Assembly (NCBI GenBank): GCA_023265175.1
Contig: JAHFUI010000005.1
Location: 6,862 to 70,861 of the forward strand
DNA length: 64,000 nucleotides
Reading direction: 5' to 3'
Source: Acidobacteriota bacterium
GTDB lineage: Bacteria; Acidobacteriota; Vicinamibacteria; Vicinamibacterales; CAVVIG01
Shown here one piece after another: positions 16,377-24,901 of this stretch. The translations under genes and the position numbers were made by a program. How positions within the stretch are numbered: the stretch's first letter is position 1; every line of letters starts with the position of its first letter. The notes beneath the pieces are model-generated. The model did no database searches, had not been told where the DNA came from, and saw only the letters and a program-made list of their open reading frames with translations.

Positions 16377-16403
16377 ATGGGCCGGGCGAGAAGCCCGACC
16401 CAT
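16377..16403. terminator. Stem-loop between convergent genes (candidate bidirectional terminator)
   Basis: ATGGGCCGGGC-GAGAA-GCCCGACCCAT forms an 11-bp stem with one mismatch. There is no U-tract. Confidence 0.35.
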
Positions 16404-16437
16404 GTGCTCGATCGATTCGCAGGCTGAGGTTCGATCG

Positions 16438-18000
16438 CTACGGGGTGATCACCGTGGTATTTGTCGCTGTTCCGCCGGTCGACGTGGTCACGGTCACTCT
16501 CGCCGTCCACGTGTTGGTCCCGTGGGCGTACTGATGCGTGACCTGATTGGTCGTTGTGGTTTGTGGCGGGTCACCGTTGCCAAATTCCCACAGATAGCTG
16601 TTCACGACCGCGTTCCCGAGGCCAGTGACCGTCGCCGTGAACGTCTCGACCGTGGTCACCGTGCCGATAGACGCGGACGCATTGAGTGTGACGCCCAGCG
16701 GCACTTGGGCCTGCACGAAGACAGTGGTGATCGCCGTGCCGACGCCGCCGTTGCTGTCCTGAGCCGTCAAAGTGACGGTATAGGTGCCCGCGTTCTGGTA
16801 GACGTGGTGCAGCGTGATCGTGCCGGTGACCGCGCCAAGATCCAGTCTGCCGCCCGTGTCGCCGTAATCGATCACCACGTCCTGGATGACGGTCCCGGTA
16901 CCTGTCGCCGCAGCCACGGTGGCCGTGAAGGTGATGTCCGTGCCGGCAGTTGGCGTGGCACTGCCGCCAACAACCACCGTAACCACTGGCAGCGGTTTCG
17001 GGTTGACGGTCACCGATATGGAGACCGTCACGACGTTGCCGAAGCTGTCGGTGACCGTGCCGCTGACAACGTACGTGTCGGGTGATCGAAAGACGTGTAC
17101 AACGATGGCGCTGCCGGTCACCGCTCCAAGAGACTGCGTTTGTCCATCGCCCCAGTTGACGGTGAGGTCGCGAACGGGGCTCCCATTGGATGCCGCTGCG
17201 GCCACGGCGAACGTGAACGACGCCGGGAGGCCAGCGCTCGGCGCCGTCGTCGGAGGAGTAATGGTCAGCGTCGGCGCTGCGGACACGGTGACGACGACGG
17301 TGGCCGAGGCCTGGCCCGATGCAGACGGCGTGGTGGAACCGGTGCCGCCGCCACCGGTTGCCGGCGCCTGGGCGCCGACGCTCGCCGTGACCGTCGCCTG
17401 CTGGTTCGTCGTCAGCGTCGTCTTTGCCACGCCGTTCGCGTCAGTCGTCACGGTTGCAGCGGACAAGGTTCCCGCCGTCGTCGAATAGCTCACGGGCGCC
17501 GCACTGAGCATGTTGCCGTTCAGGTCGAAGACGGTCGTCGTAATCGTGGACGTACCGCCGATCGCAGGGACTGAAGCCGGGCTGGCGTTCACAGTCACGC
17601 GGCCGACCGCCGCCGTGCCGACCGCGATCTTGACGGCACCGGCCGAGCCGACATTGGCGCCACCGGACGAGGCGGTGATGACCGCTGTTCCCGAAGCGCT
17701 TCCCGCAATGAACTTCGCGGTGACGCGGCCGTTGATATCCGTTTCCGCGTCTGACGGCTGAATCGAGCCCAGCGTCGTCGTAAATGTCACGAGGGTCCCA
17801 TTGTGCGGCGGCGTTCCCGCCGGCTCGAGCACCTGGGCGACGATGTCCGCCGTGCCGTTAAGGGGCAGGGCGGTCGCCGCAGACGTAATCGTGATGGTCG
17901 ATCCCGACGGCGCCAGCAGCGGCACCTTTTGGCAGGCCATGGCCATCATCCATGCCGCGGCCAGCAGGATGAAAACAGGAATCCGAACGCGTGCTATCAT
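16438..18000 (-). CDS. Surface/periplasmic lipoprotein with bacterial Ig-like (Big) and PKD-like repeats
   Basis: MIARVRIPVFILLAAAWMMAMAC gives a lipobox. N-terminal Big-like repeats (TADIVAQVLEPAGTPPHNGTLVTFTT...NGRVTAKFIAGSASGTAVITAS) are followed by three PKD-like modules with WGDG / YGDTG / FGNGD cores. Confidence 0.75.
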   Translation of the reverse strand: MIARVRIPVFILLAAAWMMAMACQKVPLLAPSGSTITITSAATALPLNGTADIVAQVLEPAGTPPHNGTLVTFTTTLGSIQPSDAETDINGRVTAKFIAGSASGTAVITASSGGANVGSAGAVKIAVGTAAVGRVTVNASPASVPAIGGTSTITTTVFDLNGNMLSAAPVSYSTTAGTLSAATVTTDANGVAKTTLTTNQQATVTASVGAQAPATGGGGTGSTTPSASGQASATVVVTVSAAPTLTITPPTTAPSAGLPASFTFAVAAAASNGSPVRDLTVNWGDGQTQSLGAVTGSAIVVHVFRSPDTYVVSGTVTDSFGNVVTVSISVTVNPKPLPVVTVVVGGSATPTAGTDITFTATVAAATGTGTVIQDVVIDYGDTGGRLDLGAVTGTITLHHVYQNAGTYTVTLTAQDSNGGVGTAITTVFVQAQVPLGVTLNASASIGTVTTVETFTATVTGLGNAVVNSYLWEFGNGDPPQTTTTNQVTHQYAHGTNTWTARVTVTTSTGGTATNTTVITP

Positions 18001-18024
18001 TTGAACGCTAAACATTTTACTTCC

Positions 18025-18777
18025 ATGAAGTTACGGGGTCAACACGGATACGCGATGGTGGCGCTGCTGGTCACCCTGAGCATCATGGCGATCATGATGA
18101 CCGCCGTCATGCCGGTCTGGCGCCAGATGGCCCAGCGCGAAAAGGAGACCGAGCTGGTCTTCCGCGGCGAACAGTACGCGCGTGCCATTGGTCTGTTCCA
18201 GCGCAAGACCGGTCCCGGCGCGCTCCCCCCGAGTATCGACGTATTGGTCGAGCAGCGGTATCTCCGCAAGAAATTCAAAGACCCGATCACGAACGATGAT
18301 TTCGCGCCCGTCCTGCTGGGCGCCGCCGCCCCCGGAGGCACGGCGGGCACCCAACCCGGTTTGCGGACGGGTGGTGCGCAGCCAGGCGGATTCGGACGCA
18401 TCACCTCGCCAGAAGCGGGCACGCCGACGGGCGCCGGCATCACCGGCGTGACGAGCAAGAGCAAAGACAAATCCATTCGCATCTACAAAGGGCGGACTCA
18501 CTATAACGAGTGGCTCTTCACGTTCACGCCACCGGCCCTGACCGCCGGTGCTGGCGGGACTCCGGGGACTGGTGGACCAGGCCAGCGTGGCGGCCGTGGC
18601 AGCCAGGGACCCGGAAATCCGCAAGGTCCGCCGCCGTTTGGCGGCCCGGGCGGTGGACGTGGACCCGGCGGCCCCGCTGGTGGTCGCGGCCCCAACGGGC
18701 CCGGGAATCCGAACGCGCCGAACATCCCGAATGGACCCGGGCGTGGTGGACCAGTATTCGGCCCCCCGGGGCGTTAA
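18025..18777 (+). CDS. Atypical pseudopilin-like protein with Gly/Pro/Arg-rich C-terminal tail
   Basis: ATG 18025 gives MKLRGQHG|YAMVALLVTLSIMAIMMTAV, a prepilin-like hydrophobic helix with Ala instead of Glu at +5. It has a GspG-like core (LPPSIDVLVEQRYLRKKFKDPIT) and about 90 aa of GGRG/PGNP low complexity at the C-terminus. Confidence 0.65.
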   Translation: MKLRGQHGYAMVALLVTLSIMAIMMTAVMPVWRQMAQREKETELVFRGEQYARAIGLFQRKTGPGALPPSIDVLVEQRYLRKKFKDPITNDDFAPVLLGAAAPGGTAGTQPGLRTGGAQPGGFGRITSPEAGTPTGAGITGVTSKSKDKSIRIYKGRTHYNEWLFTFTPPALTAGAGGTPGTGGPGQRGGRGSQGPGNPQGPPPFGGPGGGRGPGGPAGGRGPNGPGNPNAPNIPNGPGRGGPVFGPPGR

Positions 18778-18792
18778 GACGTCGGAAACATG

Positions 18793-18897
18793 AATTTGGT
18801 CATTTGGTTATCTGGTTATCTGGTTATCTGGTTATCTGGTCATTGATTGGTCAATTGAACAATTGAAACATCAATAACCAGATAACCAGATAATCAA
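18793..18897. repeat. Family B octamer hairpin (TGGTTATC x6, loop, AACCAGAT x3)
   Basis: Read directly from the sequence. It lies between convergent genes, and the same unit occurs at 41300-41421. Confidence 0.9.
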
Positions 18898-18899
18898 GT

Positions 18900-19976
18900 T
18901 CAGAGATCGTGCAGTGCGTCGTGAAACGCGCGGCGAAGGGCGCGCATCTGATCCAGCGTGCCGCCCTGGTGCGCGCGGTTGGTCAGCAGGACGAAATAGC
19001 GATCGCGCAGCGGATCGATCCACAGCGACGTGCCGGTGAACCCGACGTGACCGAAGGCGGCGGCCGACATGCGGGTGCCGCACGACGAGGTCGGCAGCAT
19101 CGTGTCCCAGCCGAGCGCCCGCGAGCTCGCAGTCACGGTGCTCCTCGTGATGAATTGCAAGACACGTGAGGGCGACAAGGGTTCCGGCATCGCGCCATCC
19201 CCGTGAGTCGCACGCAGGGCCGCGCGCGCGAACCCGGCGACGCCGGCGGCCGTCCCGAACAACCCCGCATGGCCCGCCACCCCATCGAGCGCAGCGGCGT
19301 ATGTGTCGTGCACGTCACCGACCAGCGTTCGGCCGCGCCGGACGTCGTCGTCCTGCGGCAGCGTCGGCGCCGCCTGGAGTTTCAGAGCGCCGGCCAATCC
19401 GAACGACAACGTCTCGGTTGCCAGCGCGGCTTCTGCGAGCACGAGACGCTGGCGGATCACATCGAATGCCGCGGCCAGCGATCGCCCGGCACGATCCGCC
19501 GCGAGCATGCCCAGCAGGATGAACCCCAGATCGGAATAGATGGAGCGGGTCCGCGGCTCGTATTCGAGCGGCATCGTGCAGATGTCGTGCTCGAACTCGC
19601 GGCGGCCCTCGGGGGGCGGATCGATCAGGCGCGCCGGCAAACCGGACGCATGCTCGAGCAGGTCGCGAACCGAGACCGATTCGCGATCCGCGCCGCGCCA
19701 TTCGGGAAAGGCATCGGCGATCGGCTCGTCGAGACGAAGCGCCGTCGCGTCGACCAGGTCCATCACGACCGTCGTCGTCGCGATCACCTTAGTGAGGGAG
19801 GCGAGATCGAAGGGGGTTGCCTGGGTGACGGGTTCTGATTCAGCCGCGAAGGTCAGCGAGCCGACGGCTTCCCGCCACAGCACGCCGGCACTCGACCCGA
19901 CATCCGCGACGGCCGCTGGAAACACCCGCGCCGCGATCGCGGCGACAAGCACCTGCCGAGCTGCATCGATACTCAC
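18900..19976 (-). CDS. Serine hydrolase, beta-lactamase/transpeptidase-like family (class C-like)
   Basis: SxxK motif in DLASLTKVIATT and a YSD (YxN-like) motif in IYSDLGFILLG. It is co-directional with, and 8 nt downstream of, murQ. Confidence 0.8.
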   Translation of the reverse strand: MSIDAARQVLVAAIAARVFPAAVADVGSSAGVLWREAVGSLTFAAESEPVTQATPFDLASLTKVIATTTVVMDLVDATALRLDEPIADAFPEWRGADRESVSVRDLLEHASGLPARLIDPPPEGRREFEHDICTMPLEYEPRTRSIYSDLGFILLGMLAADRAGRSLAAAFDVIRQRLVLAEAALATETLSFGLAGALKLQAAPTLPQDDDVRRGRTLVGDVHDTYAAALDGVAGHAGLFGTAAGVAGFARAALRATHGDGAMPEPLSPSRVLQFITRSTVTASSRALGWDTMLPTSSCGTRMSAAAFGHVGFTGTSLWIDPLRDRYFVLLTNRAHQGGTLDQMRALRRAFHDALHDL

Positions 19977-19983
19977 CGAAACA

Positions 19984-20928
19984 TTAACTGACAGCCAGCA
20001 ATTCCTTGAGGCGCGCTTCGACGTCCTCGCCGATGGCGTCGCGCACGAAGTCGTGCGCCCGGCGGAGCCGCGTCAGCGCCCGTGGGTAGGCGAGCCCGGA
20101 CTTCTGCATGACGATGGCCGCCTTCACGTTCCAATGGGCGCGCCGCAGCAGCGTGTCCGCGTCGTCGTATTCAAGACCCGTCACGATGGCGATGATGCGT
20201 CGGGCGCGGTCCTTCAGCTTCTCCGAGCCTGTCTGCACGTCGACCATCAGGTTGCCGTACGTCTTGCCGATGCGGATCATCGACGCCGTCGTCAACATGT
20301 TGAGGACGATCTTGGTCGCCGTGCCGGCCTTCAGGCGCGTCGATCCGGCGATGACTTCGGGACCGACCGCCGGCGCGATCGTCAGATCGACGAACGTCTG
20401 CAGTTCGGTGCGCGGATCGCACGTGACGAAGATGATCTTGGCGCCCACGCGCCGGGCTCTGGTGAGCGCGCCGCGGACGAACTGCGTCATGCCGCTCGCC
20501 GACACGCCGATCACCACGTCCTTCCTGGACGGCTTGAGCCGGGTGATCGCGCGCGCGCCTTCTTCGTAGTTGTCGTCAACGCCCTCGCGCGGGCGCATGA
20601 TCGCCCCCTTCCCGCCGGCCATAATCGCCTGCACGAGATCCGGGCTGGTGCCGAAGGTCGGCGGCATCTCGGCTGCTTCGAGGACGCCGAGGCGACCGCT
20701 GGTGCCGGCTCCGATGAGCATCACGCGTCCCCCTTTGCGCAACGCCTGCGTGATGATCTCGACGCCGACGGCAATGCGGTCCTTCTCGCGCTGCACGGCG
20801 GCGAGCATCTTGCGGTCCTCGCTCAACATCCCTTCCACGATGTCGGCGGCGGAGAGCTTGTCAATGGCAAGCGTGTCGGGGTTGATTGCCTCGGTGGGAA
20901 GAGCCTGCCATTTCGAACGAGCAGCCAT
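19984..20928 (-). CDS. murQ: N-acetylmuramic acid 6-phosphate etherase
   Basis: SIS-domain protein. PTEAINPDTLAIDKLS...GRVMLIGAGTSGRLGVLEAAEMPPTFG...GSTRLKAGTATKIVLNMLTT matches the MurQ family pattern. Confidence 0.9.
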   Translation of the reverse strand: MAARSKWQALPTEAINPDTLAIDKLSAADIVEGMLSEDRKMLAAVQREKDRIAVGVEIITQALRKGGRVMLIGAGTSGRLGVLEAAEMPPTFGTSPDLVQAIMAGGKGAIMRPREGVDDNYEEGARAITRLKPSRKDVVIGVSASGMTQFVRGALTRARRVGAKIIFVTCDPRTELQTFVDLTIAPAVGPEVIAGSTRLKAGTATKIVLNMLTTASMIRIGKTYGNLMVDVQTGSEKLKDRARRIIAIVTGLEYDDADTLLRRAHWNVKAAIVMQKSGLAYPRALTRLRRAHDFVRDAIGEDVEARLKELLAVS

Positions 20929-20976
20929 GATGGAACGACCTCACGAACAGGCGGCGGATACTATCATAGTACCTCA

Positions 20977-21852
20977 GTGATTGATCTCTATCTGGATCAC
21001 TTACGGGTCGAACGCCGGCTCGCGGCCCACACGCTGGAGAGTTACGCTCGCGACCTCGGCGCGTTGGCGGCGTTTTCGGCCGGGGTGGCGCGCAAGCCCG
21101 AAGCGCTGGACCGTTCGGCTCTCGAGGCGTTTGTCCGACAGCGCATGGCGAGCGGACTGTCGCCGCGGTCCGTGGCGCGGTCCGTGGCCGCGATTCGGGG
21201 CTTCTACCGCTTCCTCGTCCTCGATCGCCGCCTCGACGAGAGTCCTGCTGACGATCTGACCCCGCCCCGCGCCTGGGCGGCGTTGCCCAAGTTTCTCTCG
21301 ATCGAAGAGGTCGACCAGTTGATCGCGGCGCCCGACGTGTCCACGCCTCGGGGGCTGCGCGACCGCGCCATGATCGAGTTGCTGTATGCGACGGGGATGC
21401 GGGTGTCGGAGCTCATCAGCGTCCGCGCCGTCGATCTCCATCTCGATGAGCATTACCTGACCTGCATCGGCAAGGGCAACAAGGAACGCATCATCCCAGT
21501 CGGCGAGCAGGCGGCCGCCTGGATGCGCCGGTACCAGCGCGATGGGCGTCCGGCAATCTTGAAGGGACGCGCGTCGCCACGACTGTTCGTGAATCTTCGC
21601 GGCGGACCCCTGAGCCGCGTCGGCTACTGGAAAATTCTGAAAGGCCATGGCCAACGTGTCGGTCTCCCGCGATCGCTCAGCCCCCACGTCGTGAGGCACT
21701 CGTTTGCGACACACCTGCTGGAGCGGGGAGCGGATCTGCGCGCGATCCAGATGATGCTCGGCCACGCCGATCTCTCGACGACCCAGATTTACACTCACGT
21801 GCTCGAGGCGCGGTTGCGCACGATCTACGATCGCTTCCACCCACGGGCGTGA
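20977..21852 (+). CDS. xerD: Tyrosine site-specific recombinase XerD (XerC/D family)
   Basis: GTG 20977 gives VIDLYLDHLRVERRLAAHTLESYARDL. C-terminal HVVRHSFATHLLERGADLRAIQMMLGHADLSTTQIYTHV carries the R-H-R-Y catalytic set. The long upstream ORF extension (19540..) is Arg-rich antisense of murQ and was rejected. Confidence 0.8.
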   Translation: MIDLYLDHLRVERRLAAHTLESYARDLGALAAFSAGVARKPEALDRSALEAFVRQRMASGLSPRSVARSVAAIRGFYRFLVLDRRLDESPADDLTPPRAWAALPKFLSIEEVDQLIAAPDVSTPRGLRDRAMIELLYATGMRVSELISVRAVDLHLDEHYLTCIGKGNKERIIPVGEQAAAWMRRYQRDGRPAILKGRASPRLFVNLRGGPLSRVGYWKILKGHGQRVGLPRSLSPHVVRHSFATHLLERGADLRAIQMMLGHADLSTTQIYTHVLEARLRTIYDRFHPRA

Positions 21853-21931
21853 TCTGCTAAACTTAACCGTTTCTGACACTTGCATTTTTCAAAACTAGAA
21901 CCTCCAAACTAGAAGCTAAGGAGCAGTGCGC

Positions 21932-23083
21932 ATGAGCGGTAACGTACGACACCTTTTCACGTCGGAGTCGGTCACCGAAGGCCATCCCGACAAGATCGCC
22001 GATCAAATCTCGGACGCCATTCTCGACGCCCTCATCGCGAAAGACCCGATGAGCCGCGTCGCCTGCGAGACGTTGGTGACGACGGGGCTGGCGATTGTGG
22101 CGGGCGAGATCACGACCAGTGCGGTCATCGACTATCAGGACGTCGTCCGCTCGACGATCAAGGAGATCGGCTACACGCGCGGCAAGTACGGCTACGACGC
22201 CGAGACCTGCGCCGTGCTGTCGGCGATCCACAGCCAGTCGCCCGACATCGCGATGGGCGTGGACACGGGCGGCGCCGGCGACCAGGGGCTGATGTTCGGG
22301 TTTGCCTGCACGGAGACCGAGGAGCTGATGCCGCTCCCGATCATGCTGGCGCACAAGCTGGTGAAGGGGCTCTCGTGCCTGCGCCGCGACGGGACACTGA
22401 CGTACCTGCGTCCGGACGGCAAGTCGCAGGTGACGGTGGAATACGAAGGGACCACACCGGTGCGCGTGGATGCGGTTGTCGTCTCCAGCCAGCACAGCCC
22501 GGATGTCACCAACGAGACGATGCGCCAGGACATCATCGAGAAGATCGTGAAGCCGACGATTCCGCCGGCGATGATGGACAAGAACACGAAGATCTACGTG
22601 AACCCGACGGGGCGCTTCGTGGTGGGCGGGCCGCACGGCGACGCGGGCGTGACCGGCCGCAAGATCATCGTGGACACGTACGGGGGCGCGGCGCCGCACG
22701 GCGGCGGGGCGTTCTCGGGCAAGGATCCCACGAAAGTGGACCGCTCGGCGTGCTACATGGCGCGCTACATCGCGAAGAACGTGGTGGCGGCGGGGCTGGC
22801 GGACCGCGCCTTAGTGCAGCTGGCGTATGCCATCGGCGTGGCGGAGCCGGTATCGGTGATGGTGCGGACGGAAGGCACGGGCCGGATTCCGGAAGACACG
22901 ATCACGGAGCTGGTGCGCGCGAGCTTCAAGCTGACGCCGCGCGGCATCGGGGACGAGCTGAACCTGCGGCGGCCGATCTACAAGAAGACGGCGGCGTTCG
23001 GTCATTTCGGCCGCACGGAGCCGGAATTCACCTGGGAGCGCACCGATAAGGCGGCGGCACTCAAGGCCGGGGCCAAGCTCTAG
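21932..23083 (+). CDS. metK: S-adenosylmethionine synthetase
   Basis: [33 protein letters not shown]...[12 protein letters not shown]...[17 protein letters not shown], fully canonical for MetK. Confidence 0.95.
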   Translation: MSGNVRHLFTSESVTEGHPDKIADQISDAILDALIAKDPMSRVACETLVTTGLAIVAGEITTSAVIDYQDVVRSTIKEIGYTRGKYGYDAETCAVLSAIHSQSPDIAMGVDTGGAGDQGLMFGFACTETEELMPLPIMLAHKLVKGLSCLRRDGTLTYLRPDGKSQVTVEYEGTTPVRVDAVVVSSQHSPDVTNETMRQDIIEKIVKPTIPPAMMDKNTKIYVNPTGRFVVGGPHGDAGVTGRKIIVDTYGGAAPHGGGAFSGKDPTKVDRSACYMARYIAKNVVAAGLADRALVQLAYAIGVAEPVSVMVRTEGTGRIPEDTITELVRASFKLTPRGIGDELNLRRPIYKKTAAFGHFGRTEPEFTWERTDKAAALKAGAKL

Positions 23084-23089
23084 ACATCG

Positions 23090-23153
23090 GTGAGTGCAAG
23101 ATGCAAAATGCCTAATGCACACTTGCATTTTGCATTGAGCATTTTGCATCGAT
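23090..23153. repeat. Family D heptamer hairpin (TGCAAxA units / TGCATTT units)
   Basis: GTGAGTGCAAGATGCAAAATGCCTAATGCACACTTGCATTTTGCATTGAGCATTTTGCATCGATC fills the whole metK-to-next-gene gap. Confidence 0.8.
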
Positions 23154-23154
23154 C

Positions 23155-24861
23155 GTGAAAAAGTTCCTGTTCCTGACGGCGGCCATCGTGGCCGCCGTCG
23201 CCGTTTTGGTGGCTGTCAGCCTGCCTTTCGCCCGCCTCAGGCTCGAGTCGCCCTTCGCCGACGGCACGGTTCCCGGGATCATCCACGTCCATACGAATCG
23301 TTCCGATGGTCTCAGCGCGCCCGATGGTGTGGCCGCTGCGGCCGCCCGCGCGGGGCTGAAGTTCGTCGTGTTCACCGATCACGGCGACGCAACGCGTACG
23401 CCCGATCCGCCCGTGTACCGATCGGGCGTCCTCTGTCTCGATGCGGTCGAGATCAGCACCACCGGCGGTCACTATCTGGCGATCGACATGCCGGCGGCGC
23501 CGTATCCGCTGGCCGGCGAGGCGCGCGACGTCGTCGACGATGTGAGACGGCTGGGAGGGTTCGGCGTCGTGGCGCATCCCAACTCGCCGAAGCTTGCGCT
23601 CAGTTGGCGCGACTGGAACGCCCCGTTCGACGCCGTCGAGTGGCTGAACCCGGACACGAGCTGGCGCATCAGGATGCGTGAGCCGGGATGGCGGGCGCGC
23701 TGGAACATCGTGGCGGCGCTTGCCAGCTACCCGCTCCGATCGCCCGAAACGATCGCGCGCCTGCTCTACGACACCGGACTCGGCATCGATCGCTGGGAAT
23801 TGTTTGCCCACAAACGACGCGTCGTGCTGCTTGCCGGCGCGGATGCGCACGCGAAGCTGGCGTTGGCGAACGTGGACCCTGGCGACAACAGCTTCGCGCT
23901 GCCGATTCCCGGTTACGAGGCGTCGTTTCGGACCTTGTCTGTCCACGTCCGGCCGGAGCGGCCGCTCACGGGCGACGCGGTCCGCGACGCCACGACGGTC
24001 GCGCAGGCTCTGCGCCGCGGTCACGCGTATGTCGCGATTGATGGCCTCGCTTCGCCGCCGGCGTTCCAGTTCACGGCCATGAATGCGCGTGGGACCGCGA
24101 GCGAAGGCGACCAACTGGATGCCGGCGGACCGGTGACTCTGCACGTCCGCAGCAACGCCCCAACCTCATTCGTCACGATCATCTGGCGGGACCACGAACC
24201 ACTGGCACGCGTTCGGGATCAAGCGGACATCACGCGGGCCGTGACCGACGTGCCAGGAATGTATCGTGTGGAAATCACCGCGCCGCCGGAACAGGGATCG
24301 ATCCCGTGGATCATCAGCAACCCGATCTACGTCGGGATCACGTTTCCCGCAGCGGCGGCAGAACGCCACGCGGCATCCGAATCACGTCCGTTGTTCGACG
24401 GGCGGACGACGACCAGGTGGCGGATCGAGCCGGATGCGACATCGGTCGCCGCGCTCGACCTCGTGCCGCAGACCGGCGGGGCAGAGCTGCGGCTGCGGTA
24501 CGGACTGTCGGGCGGCGCGGCCGCAGGGCAGTATGTCGCGCTTGCCGTCGAGCTTCCCGACGGCGCGGCGCCAGGCGACCGGGTCACGTTCACCGCGCGG
24601 GCGGATCATCCGTTGCGGATGTCGGTGCAATTCCGCACGCTCCATGGCGCGGCACAACGATGGCAGCGGTCCGCGTACGTCGACGAAGTCGGACGCGAGC
24701 AGACCGTCCACTTCAACGATGTAACTCCCATCGGCGTCACGCGCACGCCGTATCCGGCGGCCAAGGACATCCACGACATCCTGTTCGTGGTCGAAACCAC
24801 GAACACCAAGCCGGGCTCATCGGGGCGACTGTGGATTCGACGGGTGGATCTCCAGCGATAA
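23155..24861 (+). CDS. PHP-domain (CehA/McbA-like) metallohydrolase with N-terminal membrane anchor
   Basis: MKKFLFLTAAIVAAVAVLVAVSL anchor. GIIHVHTNRSDGLSAP...FVVFTDHGD is the PHP metal-binding motif. The C-terminal half is uncharacterised. Confidence 0.6.
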   Translation: MKKFLFLTAAIVAAVAVLVAVSLPFARLRLESPFADGTVPGIIHVHTNRSDGLSAPDGVAAAAARAGLKFVVFTDHGDATRTPDPPVYRSGVLCLDAVEISTTGGHYLAIDMPAAPYPLAGEARDVVDDVRRLGGFGVVAHPNSPKLALSWRDWNAPFDAVEWLNPDTSWRIRMREPGWRARWNIVAALASYPLRSPETIARLLYDTGLGIDRWELFAHKRRVVLLAGADAHAKLALANVDPGDNSFALPIPGYEASFRTLSVHVRPERPLTGDAVRDATTVAQALRRGHAYVAIDGLASPPAFQFTAMNARGTASEGDQLDAGGPVTLHVRSNAPTSFVTIIWRDHEPLARVRDQADITRAVTDVPGMYRVEITAPPEQGSIPWIISNPIYVGITFPAAAAERHAASESRPLFDGRTTTRWRIEPDATSVAALDLVPQTGGAELRLRYGLSGGAAAGQYVALAVELPDGAAPGDRVTFTARADHPLRMSVQFRTLHGAAQRWQRSAYVDEVGREQTVHFNDVTPIGVTRTPYPAAKDIHDILFVVETTNTKPGSSGRLWIRRVDLQR

Positions 24862-24901
24862 GCGCGTCGGAATACACTCCCAGGACGCTGCCGTCACGCG
24901 T

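Noticed and set aside
18793-18897. Possible CRISPR array, suggested by the regularly spaced short repeats. The same question applies to 41300-41421, 45993-46075, 51203-51374 and 58359-58470.
   Set aside because: The units are 7-14 nt and directly abutting, with no unique spacers, and the arms are inverted copies of each other. No cas genes are present. These are tandem or inverted repeat hairpins, not CRISPR.
19540-20976. 480-codon N-terminal extension of the xerD ORF (track ORF 19540..21852).
   Set aside because: The extension is antisense to murQ and the serine hydrolase and is Arg-rich. The recombinase homology begins only at VIDLYLDHL (GTG 20977).
20977-21852. The tyrosine recombinase as a marker of an integrated mobile element.
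   Set aside because: Its sequence features and length fit housekeeping XerC/D. There are no flanking direct repeats, tRNA target or phage/IS genes nearby.
21853-21931. SAM riboswitch upstream of metK.
   Set aside because: Only about 79 nt are available. I could not find the conserved SAM-I/SAM-II helices or core motifs, and the region shows only an AAGGAG Shine-Dalgarno sequence.
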